A stretch of 64,000 nucleotides of DNA from Candidatus Iainarchaeum sp. (GTDB lineage Archaea; Iainarchaeota; Iainarchaeia; Iainarchaeales; JAGVWC01): assembly GCA_018304465.1 (NCBI GenBank), contig JAGVWC010000010.1, positions 224,670-288,669 on the forward strand, written 5' to 3'. Of the stretch, positions 1 through 9,067 are shown piece by piece. The translations under genes and the position numbers were made by a program. The notes below the pieces were generated by a model. The model did no database searches. It saw only the letters and a program-made list of their open reading frames with translations, and was not told the origin of the DNA. Each line of letters begins with the position of its first letter. The first letter of the stretch is position 1.

Positions 1-1
1 A

Positions 2-184
2 ACCGCAAGCAAATACACGCGAAAACGACGCCCCGTGCGGTTAATTTACACCGAAAAACACCTCAACCGCTCCGAATGCCAAAAACGCGAATACGCCATA
101 AAACAGCTTTCCAGAGCCGAAAAAGAACAATTAATCGAAAGCAACTCCCGGTTAGAAAACCCAAAAAAGCAGGGTTTAAAATAA
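2..184 (+). CDS. GIY-YIG nuclease (UPF0213/YhbQ-like), 3' part only
   Basis: Frame 2 reads TASKYTRKRRPVRLIYTEKHLNRSECQKREYAIKQLSRAEKEQLI..., the typical C-terminal half of small GIY-YIG proteins (KYT-R-P...RE-IK-L-R-EK); TAA at 182-184; not in ORF track. Confidence 0.85.
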   Translation, partial: TASKYTRKRRPVRLIYTEKHLNRSECQKREYAIKQLSRAEKEQLIESNSRLENPKKQGLK

Positions 185-204
185 GTATAACCAACTTATA
201 GAGT

Positions 205-846
205 ATGGTTGAAAGCTATTCCGTCCAGCGAAAAAAACTCGTTGAAAAAATGAAAAAAGAAAAAACCATTCGCACCCCGGAAGTCGAAAACGCTTTCTTG
301 GCGATTCCGCGGGAACATTTTTTCCCGTCCGTTGACCGCTTGTTTGCCTACCAAGACGACGCGTTCCCCATCGGATACGGCCAAACCATTTCCCAACCCA
401 GCACGATCGCGGAAATGCTCGAACTACTCGAAGTCAAACCCGGAATGCGCGTACTCGAAATCGGAAGCGGAAGCGGCTACGTACTCGGTTTACTGTCTTG
501 TCTCACTAGAGAAAAAAACACGGTGTACGGAATTGAACGCATCACCGCGTTGACCCAAAAATCCCGATTAGCGCTCGAAAAAACCCACTTGGACGACGTC
601 GCGATCCAAGTCGGAAACGGCCGCGACGGCCGGAAAGAAAAAGCGCCGTTTGACCGCATCATCATCAGCGCGGCAAGCGAAAAAGTCCCGCACGCGCTCG
701 TCGAACAACTCGCCGAAAACGGAAAACTCGTCGCGCCGCTTGGCGAAACCCAAATGCGCGAACGCGTGGTATTCACCAAGAAAAACGGAGCACTCGTTCC
801 CGCAGAAAAAAAAGGAACCTACAGTTTCGTGCCGCTGCAAGCGTAA
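205..846 (+). CDS. pcm: Protein-L-isoaspartate O-methyltransferase
   Basis: IGYGQTISQP, VLEIGSGSGY, APFDRIIISAA, QLAENGKLVAP motifs. Confidence 0.95.
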   Translation: MVESYSVQRKKLVEKMKKEKTIRTPEVENAFLAIPREHFFPSVDRLFAYQDDAFPIGYGQTISQPSTIAEMLELLEVKPGMRVLEIGSGSGYVLGLLSCLTREKNTVYGIERITALTQKSRLALEKTHLDDVAIQVGNGRDGRKEKAPFDRIIISAASEKVPHALVEQLAENGKLVAPLGETQMRERVVFTKKNGALVPAEKKGTYSFVPLQA

Positions 847-848
847 AT

Positions 849-1499
849 TCACGCGGATGGGCCCGCGCGCCCATATTTGAAAAAATCGTTGATTGAATGA
901 ATCCCGATATCCCACGCATCCAAACCTTCCGCATACGTCTTTCTCTTGGCACTCATTTTTGACTGGTGTTTTGCAAGTTCATTGACCGACAAAGCACGCA
1001 CAATATCCCAAAATGGATCCGCAAGCCACCAGCGCGAACCATTCCAAAATACAACCTGTGAATGATCCAATATACGCGTAAATTTTGCGGGCACGCCATG
1101 AATACGAAGAACTGTGCACAACACAAGACACTCATCCAAACAACCGGCTATCCCATGTTTTTTGAACGCATCCGCATCCCCTTTCAAAATAGTCTTTGTC
1201 CGGACGATATCATCCGCCGAGCGTTTCGCATACAGCTTCTTCAAAACAGCATCCGATACCTCCACAGCATCAAAAGAATCCAACCGAAGAATAACATCCT
1301 CAACGATTTCCTTTGGCGAACCATGAAATTGAGAGGCAAATTTGATCAAGGCTTTCGTCACACGTGTCTGCCGGCCCGACCGCAACCACTCCCGAAAAAC
1401 CACGGGTTCGATGCGTTTTCTAACGACAGATCCGGGTTTTTTAGACACCAAACCCCGAACAAGCTTTGTTCGCCGAAAACCGTTTCTTATCCGACGCAT
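849..1499 (-). CDS. Transglutaminase-like (Cys-His-Asp) protein with Arg/Lys-rich N-terminus
   Basis: GCLDECLVLCTVLRIHGVPAKF...HSQVVFW...WWLADP matches the transglutaminase-like core; start chosen at MRRIR. Confidence 0.7.
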   Translation of the reverse strand: MRRIRNGFRRTKLVRGLVSKKPGSVVRKRIEPVVFREWLRSGRQTRVTKALIKFASQFHGSPKEIVEDVILRLDSFDAVEVSDAVLKKLYAKRSADDIVRTKTILKGDADAFKKHGIAGCLDECLVLCTVLRIHGVPAKFTRILDHSQVVFWNGSRWWLADPFWDIVRALSVNELAKHQSKMSAKRKTYAEGLDAWDIGIHSINDFFKYGRAGPSA

Positions 1500-1564
1500 A
1501 CCACATAACAACCACGAAAACCATTAAAAAAACCCGCCTGCATTCAATATATGAATCAGTTCGT

Positions 1565-1726
1565 GCAGAGATGGCGGAACCTGGTTAACGCGCCAGCCTT
1601 GAGCGGCCTTTTCACAAAGGCCGGCGAAAACGAAAACCGTTTTTCCCAGGTTTTTGGCATTGGCCAAAAAGCTGTAAGAAAGCTGGTGGGCGCAAGCCCG
1701 TGTGGGTTCAAATCCCACTCTCTGCG
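1565..1726 (+). tRNA. tRNA-Ser(TGA) with 77-nt intron at 37/38 (1604-1680)
   Basis: Acceptor GCAGAGA/TCTCTGC with G73; anticodon stem CCAGC/GCTGG; CT-TGA-G^intron^A; long variable arm GGGCGCAAGCCC; GGTTCAAATCC T-arm; BHB central helix CTTG/TAAG. Confidence 0.92.
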
Positions 1727-1775
1727 AACCCAAAAAACAGCAACAAATAAGAATGCAAAAACCGTTGTTGAATCA

Positions 1776-2447
1776 ATGCTCGATTGGAAAAAAATCATTT
1801 GGAACATTTTTCTCGGAGTCGCCGCGATTTCGCTTCTTTTTCAGGCCCTTGATCCGATTCTTCACGGATTTTCCAAAGAACGCCTCGTGATCGCAAGCGA
1901 AATCCTGCTGTTGCTTTGGCTTGGAACCGTGTGGAAATTCCAAAACACCATCCGCGAAAAAACAAAATTCATTTCTTCCCTGCGAATGCGCTTTATTCTA
2001 ATCGGGTTTTTTTCCACCCTGCTTGCCGAAACCATTTACATTTTTTCAAAACCCCTGCATCAAAACCTCGCATGGGACCTGATCCTAACGGCGCCATGGT
2101 ATTTCCTGTGGATGACCGCATGGTACTGGGTTTTGTCCAAACACCATTTTTCATTCAAAGAAGCGTTTCTTTTAGGCGGGTTCCACGGATTCGTCATTGA
2201 AGGACTCCTCTCCGGCGGACTCGTGTTTAATCCCCTGCTCGCCTTGGCGATCCTGCCGCTCATGACGGTGTTGTACGGATGCTTTTTCCTGGTACCTTAC
2301 ATTATCACCAAGCCCGATTTTCCCAATCAGTCGCCCGCGTCCCTTTCCACCAAAATCAAATATTCCCTTGTTCCGCTGCTGATGTATATTCCCGGATTCC
2401 TCTGGATCGCTGTTTTAACCAATGTTTTTCAATTGGTCTTGCATTAA
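1776..2447 (+). CDS. Multi-pass membrane protein of unknown function
   Basis: About 7 hydrophobic segments; start moved to ATG 1776 because the upstream part of the track ORF is the tRNA. Confidence 0.75.
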   Translation: MLDWKKIIWNIFLGVAAISLLFQALDPILHGFSKERLVIASEILLLLWLGTVWKFQNTIREKTKFISSLRMRFILIGFFSTLLAETIYIFSKPLHQNLAWDLILTAPWYFLWMTAWYWVLSKHHFSFKEAFLLGGFHGFVIEGLLSGGLVFNPLLALAILPLMTVLYGCFFLVPYIITKPDFPNQSPASLSTKIKYSLVPLLMYIPGFLWIAVLTNVFQLVLH

Positions 2448-2457
2448 GAGAAAAAAA

Positions 2458-2892
2458 ATGAACGAAAACAAAAACCCAAAAATCGCGAATACGCGTTCCT
2501 TCAAAGAAATCAAAGGATTTTCATTCGAATACCCCGAATTCGAAGAATGGACCGTGCATCACGTGGAACAAAACGCTCGCCTCACCAACGTGCTTCGATT
2601 CGAGATCAACGTTTTTTTCAATCACCCCACCGAGCTCCAGGTGGAAACCCCGGCCCACATGGGCGTGACACGCGATTATTCCATTCTCAATTATCCGAAC
2701 TTCAACAACATGCAATTAAAACAAAACCCCAAAGGAATCCGCTTCGAACAAAACCCCGTATTAAACAAGGCGATTTTTTACCTCGAAAAAACCGCAGTGA
2801 CCGTGGATATTTCAAGCATTCCAAACAAGCAAGGCTTTTCAAGCAACCGATTCATCGAAGAAATCATCCGAAGCTTTCAAACCAACCGATGA
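2458..2892 (+). CDS. Hypothetical protein
   Basis: ORF with host-like codon usage; GFSFEYP motif; no family recognised. Confidence 0.6.
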   Translation: MNENKNPKIANTRSFKEIKGFSFEYPEFEEWTVHHVEQNARLTNVLRFEINVFFNHPTELQVETPAHMGVTRDYSILNYPNFNNMQLKQNPKGIRFEQNPVLNKAIFYLEKTAVTVDISSIPNKQGFSSNRFIEEIIRSFQTNR

Positions 2893-2953
2893 CAAAAAGC
2901 GAAAAAAACACCGCACGAATAGGATTAAAATAGGCTCTTTCGAAAAAATAAAT

Positions 2954-3490
2954 ATGAAAAACCAATCAGTAATGATTCTATTCATCAGTTTGACGGTACT
3001 GGTCGCCGGATGCACCACGCCGTCCACCAATCCAAATCCCAATGGAGGAACCAATTTGGCTGAAACAGTAGAAGTAGGAGACACCGTTGCCGTCAATTAC
3101 AAAGGAACCCTGACGAACGGACAAGAATTCGATTCATCGCTTCAACCCGGACGCACACCGCTTGAGTTTACGGTCGGAGACGGCAACATGATCGCCGGAT
3201 TTGACGACGCCGTCCGCGGAATGAAACTGAACGAAGAAAAAACCGTTACCTTGCCGCCCGAAAAAGCCTACGGATTCGAACAACCCGATTTGATCGTTCA
3301 AGTTCCGCGCGAAATGCTTTCCGGCGTGCCCGAAGAACAATTGGTCGTCGGAACCGAACTTAGGGGCCCCATGGGACGCGGCGTCATCACCAAAGTGGAC
3401 ACAAACAACGTCACCATCAACTTTAACCACGAACTCGCCGGACAAACCCTCGTGTTCTGGATCAAAGTCGTTGAAATCAAGAAGAAGTAA
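2954..3490 (+). CDS. FKBP-type peptidyl-prolyl isomerase (SlyD-like, with IF domain) and lipoprotein-type signal
   Basis: VAVNYKGTL..G.EFDSS, PLEFTVG, PPEKAYG, NFNHELAGQTL; N-terminal hydrophobic LVAGC lipobox. Confidence 0.92.
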   Translation: MKNQSVMILFISLTVLVAGCTTPSTNPNPNGGTNLAETVEVGDTVAVNYKGTLTNGQEFDSSLQPGRTPLEFTVGDGNMIAGFDDAVRGMKLNEEKTVTLPPEKAYGFEQPDLIVQVPREMLSGVPEEQLVVGTELRGPMGRGVITKVDTNNVTINFNHELAGQTLVFWIKVVEIKKK

Positions 3491-3533
3491 GAAAACCACT
3501 CTTCTTGAATCCTTTTACTTTTCCAACAAAAAA

Positions 3534-4016
3534 TCAGCGGCTTGGACCCTCGAAATCAAACGAATAATCCAAAACGGAGTTGTCGTCTTTGGAAAACACC
3601 ACGGTTCCCGACACCGTTTGTCCCTCGAAAATCAACGGCAGCCACAACGGATCCGCCGGCCACATGGATTCGAACGGCAACCGATCCAATGGAAACCACT
3701 GCGGCACCATTTCTTCGGATTCCGTCGGAGTCCCCGTCCAAGCAAACGCCACGAACACTTCAACACGCGTCGCAAACTCCGGACGATCCTTCGTCAAAAA
3801 CACCACTTCACCCGCGGGAACCAGCGACTCCAAAGCCACCACCAAACTGCTTTCTTCGAACACTTCCCGCACCGCGGCTTTAACGGTTGATTCGCCCGGA
3901 TTCAATTTTCCGCCAAACCCGTTCCACTTTCCCCGGCCAAAACCGCGTTTCTTTAAACCCAACAATACCTGTCGATGATCCACGTCCACGACGAACACCA
4001 AGGTCTTGACTTCCAT
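3534..4016 (-). CDS. NUDIX hydrolase, 8-oxo-dGTPase (MTH1-like)
   Basis: LLGLKKRGFGRGKWNGFGGK...GES..AAVREVFEES; SEEMVPQWF; MWPAD. Confidence 0.9.
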   Translation of the reverse strand: MEVKTLVFVVDVDHRQVLLGLKKRGFGRGKWNGFGGKLNPGESTVKAAVREVFEESSLVVALESLVPAGEVVFLTKDRPEFATRVEVFVAFAWTGTPTESEEMVPQWFPLDRLPFESMWPADPLWLPLIFEGQTVSGTVVFSKDDNSVLDYSFDFEGPSR

Positions 4017-4133
4017 ACCAAACCAGCAGAACCAAGCATTTAAAAACAAATTTCGTTATTTGGCTACAAAAACACCAATTTCAAATGACAATTGACGAAG
4101 TTTTTTAAATCGTGATCGTCATAAATACGTCCT

Positions 4134-4835
4134 ATGGACAAACTCGCCGTCACCATGGCCGGAGAAATCACGTTGTCACGCGACCCCGGCGGCTCCATGA
4201 AAAAATGGCGCGAAATCTTCGGAGTCTCGCAAACCGAACTAGCCGAACACCTAAAGATCTCCAGCTCCACGATTTCCGATTATGAAGGCGGACGCCGAAA
4301 AAGCCCCGGCATCAACGTCATCAACCGATTCGTCGAAGCCTTGCTCACGATCGATTCCAACCGCGGAAGCAAAATTCAAAAACAACTCGAACGCGACTTT
4401 GCGCCAAAACAAGAAATATTCGACACCCACGAATTCTCCAAAGCCATGAAAGGAACCGAATTCCTCGAACTCATCGCGGGCCAATGCGTCACAAGCCCCG
4501 CGCGCTTAAAAGAAACCACCATCTTCGGATACACGGTTATCGATTCCCTCAAAGTCATTCTGGAAGTACCCGTGCACGAATACCTGCAATTGTACGGAAA
4601 AACCCCCGAACGCGTCGTTATTTTTCAACAAGTCGAAAACGGGCGCTCGCCCATGATCGCGATCAAAATCGGCCGCTTTTCCACGGACATGAAACCATCC
4701 ATCGTGGTCTTGCATGGATGCAAAATGGTGGACAAAGTCGCCATCAAAATCGCGGAAACCGAAAAAATCCCGCTCTTAACCACCAACAAACCCATTGAAG
4801 AAATCAAAGCCGCACTCAAAGCGTTCGAAAGCTGA
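4134..4835 (+). CDS. XRE-family HTH transcription regulator with DRTGG-like C-domain (archaeal COG1709 type)
   Basis: MAGEITLS.DPG..MKKWREIFGVSQTELA...ISDYEGGRRKSPG; GRSPMIAIK. Confidence 0.9.
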   Translation: MDKLAVTMAGEITLSRDPGGSMKKWREIFGVSQTELAEHLKISSSTISDYEGGRRKSPGINVINRFVEALLTIDSNRGSKIQKQLERDFAPKQEIFDTHEFSKAMKGTEFLELIAGQCVTSPARLKETTIFGYTVIDSLKVILEVPVHEYLQLYGKTPERVVIFQQVENGRSPMIAIKIGRFSTDMKPSIVVLHGCKMVDKVAIKIAETEKIPLLTTNKPIEEIKAALKAFES

Positions 4836-4836
4836 A

Positions 4837-5283
4837 TCAGGGAACCCGATCGCAATCGTGTTTTTGGTTGAATTTTCCCAAAATAAAATCCTTGGCGGAC
4901 TGCACCGCGCCAAACGTGAACAAGGATTCGTTTTCCATTTCGCTTAACGAAAACCATTTCGCTTCTTTGATTTCTTCCGGCGGAATCCGCAATTCCCCTG
5001 AAACGATTTCGGCTTCAAACACGTACTTGACAATCAAACGGCCGTTTTCAACAAACCGAAACGTTCCCGCCAACCGGCCCAACGATACCACGAAACCCGT
5101 TTCTTCCAATGTTTCGCGCACCGCCGCGTCCTCCAAAGACTCGTTTTTTTCCACGTGTCCCCCCGGATTGTTCCACAACCCCGCAGGAGTACCCACCACG
5201 GCGTTCACGAACAAAAAACGATTGTTTTTCACGACCAATGTCGCCCCCACTTCTTTTGCCTGCAAAAACCCACCGCCTTCCAC
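4837..5283 (-). CDS. NUDIX hydrolase
   Basis: PGGHVEKNESLEDAAVRETLEETG Nudix box. Confidence 0.9.
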   Translation of the reverse strand: MEGGGFLQAKEVGATLVVKNNRFLFVNAVVGTPAGLWNNPGGHVEKNESLEDAAVRETLEETGFVVSLGRLAGTFRFVENGRLIVKYVFEAEIVSGELRIPPEEIKEAKWFSLSEMENESLFTFGAVQSAKDFILGKFNQKHDCDRVP

Positions 5284-6009
5284 TCAACGATTAAACCGTA
5301 ACAAAAACGTAAAATTCTTGCGTGTTCGACCGCTTTTGTCCACGCCCGCCAACGTAAAACTCGTCACGGGTCGAATCCGATATTTTTTCGACAATTCATC
5401 CACAATCGTTTTCGCGGCGCGCTTGGAACCCACGCGCACATCCACGCCGTTCGAAATCAATTCTTTCTTGGCAACTTGCGCCAACGAATCCGTTCGATAC
5501 AATTCATCCAAACGCGATTCGAATTCATCCACGATTTTTTGCCATTCGTTCTTGTCTTTTGATTCGAACCGAAACTGGATTTTGGCTTCGAAATAATCCG
5601 CGCGCACCAAACTGCATTTTCGACACAAGGTTTCACGCGGTTCCAGCGAAACCGACACCGGAACCGAAATTTCTTCGCTTCCAAGCAACCCTTTCACATG
5701 ACCCGACGCCACCGAAGAACCGTCATCTTGGGGTTCAAGCCCCACATCGAATTCGAGATGATCCAATGATTTAGACTTGATGTTTTGCCGCACCAATTCG
5801 AGCAAATGGTCTTCCGACGGAGGCACCCATTTTCCTTGTCGCAACACTTTTGCGCACTCGCGGCAATACATGACTTCGATTTCTTCCGGATACATAAGCA
5901 GCTTGTTTTTCTTCTGAAAACAATCGATGCACACATTTTCAATAAACGGCTTGCTGGTGGCTCCGCAATCGGGACAAAAACGCTTTCGCATAAACACAGT
6001 ACCTTCCAT
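5284..6009 (-). CDS. nmd3: NMD3-family ribosome biogenesis protein
   Basis: FCPDCG..CIDC..CRECA..CRKCS zinc fingers; YFEAKIQFR; GVDVRVGS. Confidence 0.9.
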   Translation of the reverse strand: MEGTVFMRKRFCPDCGATSKPFIENVCIDCFQKKNKLLMYPEEIEVMYCRECAKVLRQGKWVPPSEDHLLELVRQNIKSKSLDHLEFDVGLEPQDDGSSVASGHVKGLLGSEEISVPVSVSLEPRETLCRKCSLVRADYFEAKIQFRFESKDKNEWQKIVDEFESRLDELYRTDSLAQVAKKELISNGVDVRVGSKRAAKTIVDELSKKYRIRPVTSFTLAGVDKSGRTRKNFTFLLRFNR

Positions 6010-6119
6010 TCACTTCTTTATTCTATTTGTTTTTCGGCGTAAAGTGCCTTTTTTTCGCGCCTTATTGGAAGCAGGATACGAAAAACAGTTTTAAAGAAAC
6101 CGGACACACGGAGTACTAG

Positions 6120-6239
6120 GATCAAATACTTGAAGAACTCATTTCCAGCGAGAAAAAACTTTCCGTGACCAAGAAATCTGCCAAAGCGGCACTCGATCTT
6201 CGAACCAAGTTCAAGTCCCAATTTATTAAAATCAACTGA
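6120..6239 (+). pseudogene. C-terminal remnant of an unknown gene
   Basis: Start-less frame DQILEELISSEKKLSVTKKSAKAALDLRTKFKSQFIKIN* directly after an in-frame TAG (6117-6119). Confidence 0.35.
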
Positions 6240-6295
6240 CTAGCGGAATCGTACTGAAACTCTGACAAACCCAAAAGGACCGGATAGAATCCGTG

Positions 6296-7063
6296 TTATT
6301 GTTTCTTCTTGGACGTCGAAACCACCGATTTCGGTGATGCAAACCGAAGGTCTTTTCCGGAACTCGTTTTCCAAAGCGATTTGAAATAGGCCCTATAATT
6401 CTCGGCGACCGCCTTGTTGCGAAGGATGACTGTCGTTATGGGATCCCCCCACATCATAGTCGCTGTGGTATCCCCATATACCCAAATTACGCTGGGGGCA
6501 AAAAGGCTTTTGGGAAGGGGTAACATGTGGGATCGCGTCGGATGTGTTCCCGGATCCTGTCCTTCGGGAAAAATTAAGTATTCGTGAAGATTGTTGCGCT
6601 TGAGGCAAAGAAAATATTTCTGGAGGTGAATCGGTGCGACAGTCTGGAAATCCGTCATGTCACCGAATAAAAAAGCCGTCTCCGGATGCGCCATGTAATC
6701 GTTAAAAGCGTGGCGAACTCCGTCTTTTCCCTTATAAATTTCAATCGCAAAACTGGCGGGTTTTTTTCCAGCGATCTTCTGCAACTGAGGCACCAACCGC
6801 GACAGCTCTTCCTGCTGATCAGACAAGTCCGTTACCAGTTTCTCAGGATCGGATGCCAAGAACTGCTTGACGGACCCTTCGGTGAAAAAGCTGACATAGC
6901 CGCGATCTACCAGCTTGTTAAGCAGCGAATAGCACAGGGTGCGGTCCACTTGGCTTTGCTCGGAAATACGCGAAACAGTCGCAGGGCCCAAGCGCAGCGC
7001 CGACAGATACACTGCAACTTCTTTTGGAGAAAGACCCATCCGTTCCAATATCTGTGTGTCCAC
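6296..7063 (-). CDS. TrmB-family transcriptional regulator
   Basis: LERMGLSPKEVAVYLSALRLG...R..CY..L..L...G.V wHTH; IEIYKGKDGV; WVYGD..A; AENYRAYFKSLW. Confidence 0.9.
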   Translation of the reverse strand: MDTQILERMGLSPKEVAVYLSALRLGPATVSRISEQSQVDRTLCYSLLNKLVDRGYVSFFTEGSVKQFLASDPEKLVTDLSDQQEELSRLVPQLQKIAGKKPASFAIEIYKGKDGVRHAFNDYMAHPETAFLFGDMTDFQTVAPIHLQKYFLCLKRNNLHEYLIFPEGQDPGTHPTRSHMLPLPKSLFAPSVIWVYGDTTATMMWGDPITTVILRNKAVAENYRAYFKSLWKTSSGKDLRFASPKSVVSTSKKKQ

Positions 7064-7161
7064 AGGAACATCTTGAGCCGAATTTTATTTAAATGTTGTT
7101 ATTTTTTCACAACAAATGAATAATACGCCCAGAGACAGTATTCATTATAGCGAGTGAAAAT

Positions 7162-7380
7162 ATGAAACAATATGTCATTACCCCGCACCAGCCATCCGAA
7201 AGAAAAATTCAAGCCCATCCGATCCTCGTAACTCACGACATCGAAGAAGCGATTTATCTCGCGGACCGCAGTATCGTGCTCAAAAACCATCCGATGATCG
7301 TGAGCGCTGTCCTAGCCAATCCTCTTCCAAAACCGCGCACTCCCGAACGGAAAACAAAACAGGAATTCCGAAAACTGTGA
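7162..7380 (+). pseudogene. C-terminal fragment of a nitrate/sulfonate-type ABC ATPase
   Basis: ILVTHDIEEAIYLADRSIVL H-loop region only; no Walker A, Walker B or signature motif. Confidence 0.75.
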
Positions 7381-7436
7381 CAACAGATCACGGAATTGCT
7401 GAACCCAAAAAAAAATGAAAAAATGGAATATTTCAC

Positions 7437-8006
7437 ATGAATGAAAAAAGCAAATGGGAGAACGGCAAACCAAAGATCGCGATCATTCTCGGAAGCCGCA
7501 AAGACGAACCGACAGTCGTCGCATCCAAATTATTTCACATACTCAAAAACGCTGGAATCGGATACGAATACTCCATCATTTCCTCCGATCGAAATCCGGA
7601 AGAGTTACGAACGTATTGCAAAAGCCTGGACACGGAAATAATCGCCGTTATCGCGGTTGCAGGCCTCATTCCCAATCTTCCGATTGTTACAAAGTCCTGG
7701 GCACCCCACATACCGGTTATTTCGGTTCCCCTTACGGGAGACGGATACACCCCGAATGACACCCTGCTTGCAGCCGCGAGTACCCCTGGAGAACGACCCA
7801 TTATTGTCAGTGGAATCGGAAAAAACGGCCTTGAAAAAGCAGGGTACCTCGCCGTGGAAATCGCCGGCGTAAAACACGCCCACATTCGAAAAAAATATGC
7901 TTCTTTGCAGGAAATTAAAAGTGCCGAAATCAAAACAACGCATCCCCGGCCAAAATCAAAAAAAGGAAGTGAAACAAATGGATCCGCGAGACCTCATTTC
8001 AGTTAA
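7437..8006 (+). CDS. Divergent PurE/AIR-carboxylase-family protein
   Basis: IAIILGSRKD, SSDRNP (canonical SAHRTP), IAVAG...LP, PVISVP. Confidence 0.75.
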   Translation: MNEKSKWENGKPKIAIILGSRKDEPTVVASKLFHILKNAGIGYEYSIISSDRNPEELRTYCKSLDTEIIAVIAVAGLIPNLPIVTKSWAPHIPVISVPLTGDGYTPNDTLLAAASTPGERPIIVSGIGKNGLEKAGYLAVEIAGVKHAHIRKKYASLQEIKSAEIKTTHPRPKSKKGSETNGSARPHFS

Positions 8007-9018
8007 CGTAAACGTTTTCGAAGGGGACATTCTTCTGTGCGACTCGTACGTGTCGGATGTAGCGCCAGAATTCGTGAAAAAATTATCGACCCATAAAAAA
8101 ACGTATTCTTTCACTCCAGAACTGACGCATAGCGACATATTGGGATTCAAGCTGTGCACCATCTTTCGACTGGGCCGAATTAGTCGATTGACGGTTTTTA
8201 TCAAATCCGGCTCTCCGCATTCGTTGCAGATTCCGCTGATTGTCCAAGAAGCCGCCGACGATACCGGATTCGATCGATCGAAAATCGAATACTTTGTCTG
8301 GGAAAAAGGCGAAATGATCCCTGTTTCTAACGAAGCAATCCGCAAAGCCCGGCACTTACACGAAATCGAGCGACTGCTTGCCTTTGAACGACTGCAAAAA
8401 ACGGTCGAAATCCTGCGAAAAGAATGCCGCAATGACCAGCAGGAAACCTTCGAAACCATCCTGGAACACTTTGTTGAAGAAACCAACGAGCTAAAAGAAG
8501 GGATCAAAAACAAAGATACGGCCAATACTCAGGAAGAACTCGGCGACATCTTGTTCAATGTTTTCTTATTCGCCAAAATCGCGCAAGAAGAAAACCAATT
8601 CGATATGGAAAAACTGCTGGATACGGTGAATGAAAAAATGGTGAAACGGCACGATCAAATATTTCCAAACAGAAACGTAGTGATATTGGTTTCGCCCATT
8701 CATGGAAAAGGAGTCTTTGCATTGCAGGACATCAAGGCCGGAACGATCGCTGACAAATGGCAGGCGTACGCACAAAACCAAAACCCACGCACAGATAAAA
8801 CCGTTGACCAGTTCGTGAATCATTCGTGCAAACCCAACGCCTACGCCAAAGACTCCGTCGACATCGCACTCCGCGACATTAAAGCAGGCGAAGAAATCAC
8901 CTGTGACTACACCAAAGAAAACGGAATACACCCTAAGTTCAAGTGCAATTGCCAATGCAAAAATTGCAGAGGAGCGATTTACACCAATTTTCAAAGAATC
9001 GGACCCGAAAAGGATTGA
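7978..9018 (+). CDS. Three-domain fusion: ferredoxin-associated-like N-domain, MazG pyrophosphohydrolase, SET/post-SET domain
   Basis: MazG: LRKEC..D..ET...EETNEL...EELGDILF...EKMVKRH; SET: SPIHGKGVFA..DIKAG, FVNHSCKPN, ALRDIKAGEEITCDY, CNCQCKNCRG. Confidence 0.85.
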   Translation: MDPRDLISVNVNVFEGDILLCDSYVSDVAPEFVKKLSTHKKTYSFTPELTHSDILGFKLCTIFRLGRISRLTVFIKSGSPHSLQIPLIVQEAADDTGFDRSKIEYFVWEKGEMIPVSNEAIRKARHLHEIERLLAFERLQKTVEILRKECRNDQQETFETILEHFVEETNELKEGIKNKDTANTQEELGDILFNVFLFAKIAQEENQFDMEKLLDTVNEKMVKRHDQIFPNRNVVILVSPIHGKGVFALQDIKAGTIADKWQAYAQNQNPRTDKTVDQFVNHSCKPNAYAKDSVDIALRDIKAGEEITCDYTKENGIHPKFKCNCQCKNCRGAIYTNFQRIGPEKD

Positions 9019-9067
9019 AGAACTCAAACCGTTGACCAAGACCCAAATCTACGGAACCGTTCGAAAA

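Noticed and set aside
1551-1775. N-terminal 75 aa of track ORF 1551..2447
   Set aside because: It overlaps the intron-containing tRNA-Ser; the real start is probably ATG 1776
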